64,000 nucleotides of DNA from a bacterium (GTDB lineage Bacteria; Patescibacteriota; Minisyncoccia; 2-01-FULL-47-10; JBBIMT01), in NCBI GenBank assembly GCA_037443185.1, contig JBBIOV010000002.1, positions 32,242 to 96,241 on the forward strand, given 5' to 3'. Below the pieces are notes generated by a model. The model worked only from the letters and a program-made list of their open reading frames with translations, made no database searches and was not told the origin of the DNA. Each line of letters begins with the position of its first letter. Position 1 is the stretch's first letter. Position numbers and translations under genes: made by a program. Shown here one piece after another: positions 57,261 to 64,000 of the stretch.

Positions 57261-58121
57261 TCACTCATGCTCGCTTTTTATTCTTCCATCGAGTGTTCTT
57301 AATTGCTTAAGAGCCGTTTGCGCTTCTTCTTTATTCGGCGGCTTGCCGTGCCATTCAAATTTATTTTCCATAAAATCTACTCCTTTACCAGGAATAGTAT
57401 GTGCTATGATTACCGTTGGTTTCTCATATACTGCTTTTGCGTGATTGCACGTATCTATGATTTCCCTAAAATTATGTCCATCAATATGCAAGATATGCCA
57501 ATTAAAAGCTTTATATTTTTCTTCAAGTGGCTCAAGCGGCATCACATCTTCAGTATAGCCATCAATTTGAATATTATTTCTATCAATTATGCCTGTTAAA
57601 TTACTTAATTTATATTTCCCAGCAAACATTACAGACTCCCAAAGCGATCCTTCATTATGTTCCCCATCCGACATTAAACAATAAACCCGGTATTTTTTAT
57701 TATCCATTCTCCCAGCAATTGCCATACCACACGCTTGCCCCAATCCACATCCCAGCGGTCCACTACTTGTTTCAATACCAGGCAAAGACTCACGATGGGG
57801 GTGACCTTGAAGCCGAGTACCAATTTTTCGTAAAGTTTTTAGTTCTTCTCGTGGGAAAAATCCAGCATGAGATAAAGTCGCATAATATACAGGACAAATA
57901 TGTCCATTGGAAAGAACTAATCTATCGCGTTCCTCCCAATAAGGATTTTTAGGGTCGTAATTCAAAATATAAAAATAAAGCGCTGTAAAAATATCTGCCA
58001 TTCCTAAAGGTCCAGCAGAATGCCCTGAACCTGCCGCAAGTAGCATTTCAATAATATCTTTTCTAATTTCGTTTGCTTTAGTCTTAAGTTGTTCTTCGGT
58101 ATAATAAAAAGGATTTGGCAT
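57261..58121 (-). CDS. tkt: Transketolase, N-terminal section (TPP-binding)
   Basis: SGHSAGPLGMADI, GHP, GPLGCGLGQACGMA, MSDGEHNEGSLWE. Confidence 0.9.
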   Translation of the reverse strand: MPNPFYYTEEQLKTKANEIRKDIIEMLLAAGSGHSAGPLGMADIFTALYFYILNYDPKNPYWEERDRLVLSNGHICPVYYATLSHAGFFPREELKTLRKIGTRLQGHPHRESLPGIETSSGPLGCGLGQACGMAIAGRMDNKKYRVYCLMSDGEHNEGSLWESVMFAGKYKLSNLTGIIDRNNIQIDGYTEDVMPLEPLEEKYKAFNWHILHIDGHNFREIIDTCNHAKAVYEKPTVIIAHTIPGKGVDFMENKFEWHGKPPNKEEAQTALKQLRTLDGRIKSEHE

Positions 58122-58294
58122 AAAAATATCTTTAAATTAAAATATGAAAAAAATTTAGGATTTACTTATATTATTTATCTACTCTTCAATATACTAATTA
58201 TAAATTTAAAATCAAAAGAAGGAAGTTAAACAATGCGTGAAAGTTTGTTAAAAGATTTTTTTAAAATTATTTAAAATTATTAAAATTGTTTATT

Positions 58295-58852
58295 TTAGGG
58301 TTTATGATAAATCATTATCAATAAAAAAATTGTGATTATAAAGAAGATAATTTTAAATATCATAAGGGATATGGGATTTTCTTGCAGTGGAAATTTGGAG
58401 ATGATAACGCGTACAATTAAAAATATTCCTATTAAAACGAATATAATACCTATAATAAGAACTGAAGGCTGGAATTCAGTCATACAATGAAAGATGAAGC
58501 AATGCGGAAATGCGAAACTAATCATCCCAAAACCAACGTAAATTGTTTCTAATCCCAACAAGATACTGAATAACTTAGCAATATTTTGCCATCTATCTTT
58601 GGGAGATGGATTATTGATAAATCTGAAAAGAAAGATACTCAATATCGTTATTATCGCTCCATAAAAGAAATTATAAGGCACAAAATCATTATCACACATT
58701 TGAAAATGCTGCCAACCTAAAAAACGTAATCCTTCGCAATTGTTAAAAGGCAAGGTCAAGATAATTGCTAAAAGACCATGAATAAAAAATCCTAAAAATA
58801 TGATATATAATAAAATTTTTTCAATTTTGAACCAAATTTCTTTTAGGGACAT
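58295..58852 (-). CDS. Hypothetical polytopic membrane protein (185 aa)
   Basis: ORF with 5 TM helices. 10-nt overlap with the rpe stop. Confidence 0.4.
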   Translation of the reverse strand: MSLKEIWFKIEKILLYIIFLGFFIHGLLAIILTLPFNNCEGLRFLGWQHFQMCDNDFVPYNFFYGAIITILSIFLFRFINNPSPKDRWQNIAKLFSILLGLETIYVGFGMISFAFPHCFIFHCMTEFQPSVLIIGIIFVLIGIFLIVRVIISKFPLQENPISLMIFKIIFFIITIFLLIMIYHKP

Positions 58853-59541
58853 ATAATTTTTTGGAGATTTTTATAGGCGTTGACAGGATCTTGCGACTTG
58901 TAAATTCCAGAGCCGATTCCAAAAATTTGAGCGCCGGCATTTTTAACTTTTAAAATAGTCTTTTCATTTATCCCTCCATCAATACTTATTTTAACATGAG
59001 GGAATTTATTTTTCAAATTGTGCACCTTATCTATAACTTCAGGGATAAAGTGATTACCTTGAAAACCAGGATGAACAGATAAAAAATGAACGCGAAAAAT
59101 ATTTTTCATTAAATACGGTTCAATTAAATTAATTTTTGTTTCTGGGTTTAAGGCAATCACCGGTTCTGCACCGGCTTTTTTTATTAAATTTGCAAGATTA
59201 TTTACTGCAAATTCACGCAATTTCCATTTAATATTTAAAAAGCTTTCAATATGAAAAATAATGACGGATGCTCCGCCATCAATCCATCTTTTATAATGAT
59301 TATGAGGACGAGATACCATTAAATGTGCCTCAAATGATATCTTAGGACTTACGAAGTCCCAAATTGGGACTTCGTAAGTCCCGAAAATTTCTTTCATCCT
59401 TTCTCCTTCTAAAAATGTTTCATTTGGAACAAAAATCCCGTCAGCGACATCAATATGAAAAAAATGCGTCTCCGTTGCAAGCAAAGCGATTTTTCTTTTT
59501 ATTTCCCCAAAATCTTTTTCCAATATTGCGGGGATAATCAT
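58843..59541 (-). CDS. rpe: Ribulose-phosphate 3-epimerase
   Basis: HIDVADGIFVPN, HLMV, SVHPGFQG, DGGIN are Rpe TIM-barrel motifs. Carries a ~10-aa insertion encoded by a perfect inverted repeat. Confidence 0.88.
   Translation of the reverse strand: MIIPAILEKDFGEIKRKIALLATETHFFHIDVADGIFVPNETFLEGERMKEIFGTYEVPIWDFVSPKISFEAHLMVSRPHNHYKRWIDGGASVIIFHIESFLNIKWKLREFAVNNLANLIKKAGAEPVIALNPETKINLIEPYLMKNIFRVHFLSVHPGFQGNHFIPEVIDKVHNLKNKFPHVKISIDGGINEKTILKVKNAGAQIFGIGSGIYKSQDPVNAYKNLQKIICP
59345..59382. repeat. Perfect 16-bp inverted repeat with 6-nt spacer (ggacttacgaagtccc-aaattg-ggacttcgtaagtccc) inside the rpe coding sequence
   Basis: Read in sequence. Falls in-frame in the segment encoding GTYEVPIWDFVSPK, which is extra relative to canonical Rpe between the PN.T and HLMV blocks. 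Confidence 0.8.
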
Positions 59542-59552
59542 TTTTGTTTACC

Positions 59553-59584
59553 AAGGCCCGACCTCCAAATGGAGATCGGGCCTT
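59553..59584 (-). promoter_or_regulatory. GC-rich 9-bp stem hairpin (aaggcccga / tcgggcctt, inner ctcc/ggag) in the rpiB-rpe spacer
   Basis: Read in sequence. No flanking U-run, so probably an intercistronic processing or stability element rather than a terminator. Confidence 0.4.
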
Positions 59585-59602
59585 GTGGATAGGTCTAATA
59601 AA

Positions 59603-60046
59603 TCATAACTCCTCCAACTTTTCTCTTCTTCTTTTATATTTTTCATCTCGTAGAAGTTTTTTTGTATTTAACCATATTTTTACAATCTCTTCCGCTTCTT
59701 TTTCTGTTAAAAAATCAGAAGGTAAAGATAAAACATTTTCTCCGTAATATTTTCGATGATCGGCTAATTCTTTGCGCCATATTAAAGAAGATTTTACTCC
59801 TTTGATTTTGTTAGCAACAATATCAACGCCAATGCCCGAACCACAAATTAAAATGCCACGGTTTTCATTTGGTTTCTCCGCTACTTTTTTGGCAACTGCC
59901 AAAGCAAAATCATTATAATCATCTTCCGGATTAAAAGAAAAAGCACCACAATCTTCAAAATTAATCCCCCACTCTCTTAGACGCTCTTTTAAAAATTCCT
60001 TTAATTTAAATCCCCTATGATCAGCTCCTAGGTAAAGCATAATCAT
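59603..60046 (-). CDS. rpiB: Ribose-5-phosphate isomerase B (RpiB/LacAB family)
   Basis: GADHRGFKLKE, ILICGSGIG, HR..Y..NVLSL blocks. 147 aa. Confidence 0.85.
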   Translation of the reverse strand: MIMLYLGADHRGFKLKEFLKERLREWGINFEDCGAFSFNPEDDYNDFALAVAKKVAEKPNENRGILICGSGIGVDIVANKIKGVKSSLIWRKELADHRKYYGENVLSLPSDFLTEKEAEEIVKIWLNTKKLLRDEKYKRRREKLEEL

Positions 60047-60298
60047 TAAAAAATTGGCTCAGCCCCGATAGTTGTGTCCGGAGTCAAACCTCAATAATCA
60101 AAAAACACTCGAAAAACATAGGAAGCAATTGGATAGATTATTGAGCAGCCATAAATTTTTAAATTTTTCAAAAAATTTTTAAGTAAAAAATTGCCTGCAA
60201 TTTAGAATTATTTTTAAATATTTTTTCTTCTTTAAACTAACTTTCTTAATAAATAAAAATTGTCTTTAAATTATAAAATTTAAAAAAAATTTATCTAA

Positions 60299-61357
60299 CT
60301 ACACACTTCGCTCCAATTTACCCACTCTTATTGAATGCTCTACTAAACTTGTTGTATATCCCCATTCGTTGTCATACCAAGAAAAAACTTTTACCATATC
60401 ACCAGCCGTTACTTTAGTTAAAGTTAAATCAATAATAGCTGGATATGGCTCCCCAATAATATCTGAAGACACAAGAGGTTCTTCTGATACTTTTATAATA
60501 TTTTTCCATCTTTCGGATTGAGCAGCTTTTTTAAAGATTTCGTTTATCTCTTCTTTTGTTACATTTCTTTTAGCAATGAAGGTCAAATCAACTATTGAAC
60601 CGGTAATTACTGGAACGCGCATTGAAATTGCATCGAAAATACCAATAAACTCAGGCATTGATTTAAAAACCGCGTCAGCCGCGCCAGTATGGGAAGGAAC
60701 TATATTTTGAGCCGCTGCCCTCCCACGTAAAAAATCCCCTTTCTTTCCAGGTCCATCAACCAAAGATTGTGTTGTTGTATAACCATGCACAGTTGTCATC
60801 ATTGCTTTAATTACTCCTGGATTTTCAGTCATTATAGCCAATAGAGGCGTAACAGCGTTTGTTGTACAAGAAGCATCAGAAGTAATTTTGGAAAGATTTC
60901 GATTAAATTTATCGTCATTGGTTCCAATTAATAGATGTTCAACATCTCCTTTGGCCGGGGCTGAAATCACCACTCTTTTTGCACCTGCTTCAAGATGCAA
61001 TGATGCTCCTGGATAATCAGTGAAAAAACCTGTGCTTTCTATAACAACATCAATATCAAGTTCCTTCCAAGGCAAATTTCTTGGATCTTTTTCCTGAAAC
61101 ATTAAAATCCCTTTCCCTTCCACAATTAATTTCCCCTTGGCTTCAATTTTGTTAAAAGGAATATTTTCTAATCTATACTGAATATCCTTTTTATATCTTC
61201 CATAAACAGTATCGTACTTAAGCAAATAAGCCATATTCTCTAAATCTCCCAAATCATTAAAAGCCACAATCTCAATCTCTTCTCTTTCAAAAGCCTGTTT
61301 GAAATAATTTCGGCCTATACGGCCAAACCCATTTATTGCGACGCGAATTTTGTTCAT
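60299..61357 (-). CDS. gap: Glyceraldehyde-3-phosphate dehydrogenase (type I)
   Basis: INGFGRIGR NAD-binding motif, SCTTNAV-type catalytic Cys block (ASCTTNAVTP), WYDNEWGY C-terminal block. Confidence 0.93.
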   Translation of the reverse strand: MNKIRVAINGFGRIGRNYFKQAFEREEIEIVAFNDLGDLENMAYLLKYDTVYGRYKKDIQYRLENIPFNKIEAKGKLIVEGKGILMFQEKDPRNLPWKELDIDVVIESTGFFTDYPGASLHLEAGAKRVVISAPAKGDVEHLLIGTNDDKFNRNLSKITSDASCTTNAVTPLLAIMTENPGVIKAMMTTVHGYTTTQSLVDGPGKKGDFLRGRAAAQNIVPSHTGAADAVFKSMPEFIGIFDAISMRVPVITGSIVDLTFIAKRNVTKEEINEIFKKAAQSERWKNIIKVSEEPLVSSDIIGEPYPAIIDLTLTKVTAGDMVKVFSWYDNEWGYTTSLVEHSIRVGKLERSV

Positions 61358-61419
61358 AATAAAAATTATTAAATTATTATTTTACCTTTAAATTTATTTT
61401 CAAAATAAATTTTCTTATT

Positions 61420-63024
61420 TTATTTATTTATTTTACCATAATTCTCTAAATTTTTCCTCAAAAAAGCATTCCATCTTTCAAGAGAAACATTTATTTTTTT
61501 ATCTGGGTTAAAAACACTTTGCGCATCGAAAATCTCTTTAACTTTTCTAAATAACTTTAACATTTCTTCAGAATAGAAAATATCCAAAAACGGCGCACAT
61601 TGAATGCCATCACCATGCTCCCCAGAGGCTACACCTTTTAAAAAAGCTACTAAAGAATAAACGTCGTGCGAAAGTAAAGCAAGTTTTTTAAAATCGTCTT
61701 CGCTTTTAGTATTAATAATCGGACGAATATGAAGATTGCCGTCACCGGCATGCCCCCAAACAGAAAAAGTAAAATTATATTTTTCGAAGATTTCTTCAAG
61801 TTCTGTCAAATATCTAGGCAAAAATTCAGGTGCGACAGCCGCATCAAATTCTAAAGGCACAGCACGAATATCTCCTTCCATTTGATTTATAACATGCGCT
61901 GCCGATGTTCTTAATTTCCAAAGTTCATTCTCTTTTGGGGGTTCTAAAGCTTGATTGGTATCGTAAGCATAATTTTTCATTACATCATGGGCTTTTATTA
62001 AATAATCCAACACCTCATCTCGTGATTGTCCTTCAAATTCAGCGTATAAAATGATTTTAGGTAATTTTTCTGGTAAATCTTTTGTAAGTTCAGGATTAAT
62101 TTTTCTGATGATTTTTTCAATATGTTCATCCACCATTTCAAGAGCAGAAGGCTGGAGCTTCAAAAGCGCCAAAACCGCTTCGCTTGCTTTTTGCAAATCG
62201 TCAAAATACCCCAAAACAAGCCCTTCTTCAAATGGTTTTTGTCGAATTTCAAAAGTAATTTCAGTAATTAAACCTAATGTCCCTTGACTTGGCGAAAATA
62301 AAGGAATTAAAGAAAAATTATCTCCATCGAAGACATTCCATAAATCATATCCCGAAGAAATTTTTGTGGCATTTGGCTTATTTGAGTTTATAATCTCTCG
62401 ATTTTTTTCTATAAGTTCCTTTATCTGTTTATAGATACTGCCTTCTAAATCGTTTTGAGAAAATTTAGCCGCCAAATCGTTTTTATTTAATTTTTTAACT
62501 TCTATTTCTTTGCCATCTGCCAAAATAACTTTCAAAGCCCGAACCCATTTTTTAGTTGTCCCGTATTTGACCGCCTTGGTGCCACCGGCATTGTTGGCGA
62601 CTACACCCCCCACTGAAGCAAAATCAGCCGAGGCTGGATTTATTGGAATCCATTTACCTGTTTTTAATAATTCTTTTTGTAAAACACCTAAAATAATTCC
62701 AGGCTCTACCCTAACGAAATCATCACCGATTTCTAAAATTTTATCCAAATATCCAGAAAATCTAACTATGATTCCTTCGTTAATTGCCCCTCCTGTTAAA
62801 TCAGTACCTTTGCCGCGAGGAGTGATAGAAATTTTTTCACCTCTTTCTTTTTGTTTTTTTACCCAATTTATTGTCAAAAATAAATCTTCTTTATCTCTTG
62901 GCAACAAAATTGCTTGAGGTCTCATTTCAAAAATACTCGCATCATTTTTATAATGATTTAAACTTGCCTCATCCAACAAAATTTCACCTTTAATATTTCT
63001 TCTTAATTCGTCGAAATTCAACAT
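61420..63024 (-). CDS. FAD-linked oxidoreductase (GlcD / D-lactate dehydrogenase-like, PCMH-type FAD-binding + FAD-oxidase C domain)
   Basis: PRGKGTDLTGGAI, ASVGGVVANNAGG FAD-binding signatures. 534 aa. Confidence 0.75.
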   Translation of the reverse strand: MLNFDELRRNIKGEILLDEASLNHYKNDASIFEMRPQAILLPRDKEDLFLTINWVKKQKERGEKISITPRGKGTDLTGGAINEGIIVRFSGYLDKILEIGDDFVRVEPGIILGVLQKELLKTGKWIPINPASADFASVGGVVANNAGGTKAVKYGTTKKWVRALKVILADGKEIEVKKLNKNDLAAKFSQNDLEGSIYKQIKELIEKNREIINSNKPNATKISSGYDLWNVFDGDNFSLIPLFSPSQGTLGLITEITFEIRQKPFEEGLVLGYFDDLQKASEAVLALLKLQPSALEMVDEHIEKIIRKINPELTKDLPEKLPKIILYAEFEGQSRDEVLDYLIKAHDVMKNYAYDTNQALEPPKENELWKLRTSAAHVINQMEGDIRAVPLEFDAAVAPEFLPRYLTELEEIFEKYNFTFSVWGHAGDGNLHIRPIINTKSEDDFKKLALLSHDVYSLVAFLKGVASGEHGDGIQCAPFLDIFYSEEMLKLFRKVKEIFDAQSVFNPDKKINVSLERWNAFLRKNLENYGKINK

Positions 63025-63065
63025 AAAATTAAAAATTAATTTATGAAAAATTTATTTTTTTTCAG

Positions 63066-64000
63066 TTAAAGAAGTTTTTTTATAGCCAATATAAAAGCAG
63101 CTAATTTTAATGATACTTTATATTGTTTTTGAATTTCAACTAAATCATCAGCTGCTTTTTTCATCATTTCTCTAATTTCGCTAAGAACTCTCTTTTTATC
63201 CCAATGTTCATTTTTTAAATTTTGCTGCCATTCCAAATAACTACCTATTACCCCTCCTGAATTTACCAAAATATCAGGTATAACTAAAACTCTTTTCTTT
63301 GATAAGATTTGTTCGGCATTAAAAGTTACAGCGCCGTTTGCCATCTCCAACACAACTTTCGCTTTAATATCATCAACATTATTTTCGTTTATGACATTTT
63401 CTAAAGCCGCTGGAATTAAAATATCAACATTTAGTTTCAATAAATCATCGTTAGAAATTTGCCCATTGCCACTATAATCACAAACACTGCCTATACAATA
63501 ACAATGCGCAATCATTCCTTTTAATCTTCTACATTTTGAAACAAGCGGAATATTTAATCCCGCTTGCGCAAAAACTCCGCCTTTTGAATCAGAAACCGCC
63601 ACTATTTTATACCCCTTTTCAAACAAAAATTGCGCAATATGCTCACCCACATTTCCAAATCCCTGAATCGCTACAGTTAATATATCAGAATTCAAATTTT
63701 GAGAAAATCGTTCTAAAATTACACTACCGCCATAACCGGTCGCTTCATCTCTGCCTTCTGAACCTCCTTTTTCAATAGGTTTTCCTGTAAAAGCAGCTGG
63801 CATTGGCTGACCAGCTATGCGCGAATATTCATCTACCATCCAAGCCATAATTTGAGCATTTGTATTTACATCAGGAGCTGGTATATATTTATGAGGACCA
63901 ATAAAATCAAAAAACTCTCTAACATATTGGCAAGAAAGTTCTTCAAGCTCTTTTTCGCTTAGTTGTTTTGGATCAACCTTGACCCCCCCTTTTGCTCCTC
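63066..64000 (-). CDS. gdhA: Glu/Leu/Phe/Val-family (glutamate) dehydrogenase, C-terminal ~310 aa; N-terminus beyond window end
   Basis: Reading frame continues to the window edge (...GGVKVDPKQLSEKELEEL...IGPHKYIPAPDVNTNAQIMAWMVDEY...). VAIQGFGNVG NAD(P)-binding Rossmann motif. Confidence 0.85.
   Translation of the reverse strand, partial: GAKGGVKVDPKQLSEKELEELSCQYVREFFDFIGPHKYIPAPDVNTNAQIMAWMVDEYSRIAGQPMPAAFTGKPIEKGGSEGRDEATGYGGSVILERFSQNLNSDILTVAIQGFGNVGEHIAQFLFEKGYKIVAVSDSKGGVFAQAGLNIPLVSKCRRLKGMIAHCYCIGSVCDYSGNGQISNDDLLKLNVDILIPAALENVINENNVDDIKAKVVLEMANGAVTFNAEQILSKKRVLVIPDILVNSGGVIGSYLEWQQNLKNEHWDKKRVLSEIREMMKKAADDLVEIQKQYKVSLKLAAFILAIKKLL

Noticed and set aside
1-64000. CRISPR arrays, integrases/transposases, reverse transcriptases, restriction-modification or other recognisable defence genes
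   Set aside because: I scanned for regularly spaced direct repeats and for the characteristic motifs of these families and found none. The short repeats present (28493-28604; 9713-9812; 17826-17870) are not CRISPR-like (no regular spacer/repeat periodicity).
1-64000. Alternative genetic code (UGA=Gly, code 25) as in some CPR lineages
   Set aside because: All conserved genes (tuf, fusA, ftsZ, nrdJ and others) are full length under the standard code in the supplied ORF track. The only in-frame stop seen splitting a conserved gene is a TAA (comEC), which recoding of UGA would not explain.

Overview
The window is AT-rich (roughly 30% GC by eye), gene-dense, and almost all genes are on the minus strand. 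Its content looks like a small-genome bacterium of the Patescibacteria/CPR type.

Recognisable core blocks:
- A str/S10-type ribosomal block reading rpsL-rpsG-fusA-[cupin-type glucose-6-phosphate isomerase]-tuf-rpsJ-rplC(partial). The sugar isomerase gene sits between fusA and tuf.
- A dcw-like division/cell-wall cluster: mraZ-rsmH-ftsL-ftsI-(MraY/WecA-family transferase)-lepB-hisS-rpsU-(DsbA-like)-ybeY-ftsA-ftsZ.
- Upstream of those: nrdJ, a ComEC split by an in-frame TAA, ndk and an SdpI-like membrane protein.
- An rplJ-rplL unit with a structured leader, then greA, mltG, and a tRNA-Thr/Tyr/Thr + rpmG cluster.
- tsf-rpsB, prfA (N-terminally truncated RF1-like) overlapping rpmE, rplY, and a coiled-coil lytic transglycosylase.
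- A sugar-phosphate neighbourhood: DhnA-type aldolase, a PfkB kinase, transketolase split into N and C sections 1.5 kb apart, rpe, rpiB, gap, PGM/PMM, an FAD-linked oxidase and a partial GDH.

Five tRNAs were identified by hand-folding: Pro-GGG, Val-CAC, Thr-GGU, Tyr-GUA, Thr-UGU. No CRISPR array, integrase, transposase or reverse transcriptase was recognised.

Candidate accessory or novel loci:
1. A terminator-to-operator delimited three-gene cassette of unknown small proteins, immediately 3' of tRNA-Pro, next to a degenerate partial copy of the tRNA 3' half.
2. A cluster of three perfect TTATCCACA 9-mers plus a nested GC-rich long hairpin upstream of mraZ.
3. A block of secreted, Cys-rich and membrane-anchored Clp-like AAA+ proteins (28.7-34.7 kb).
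4. A wHTH regulator divergent from a PP2C-like/TM/NHL-propeller membrane protein next to tRNA-Val.
5. A perfect 16-bp inverted repeat embedded in-frame in rpe.
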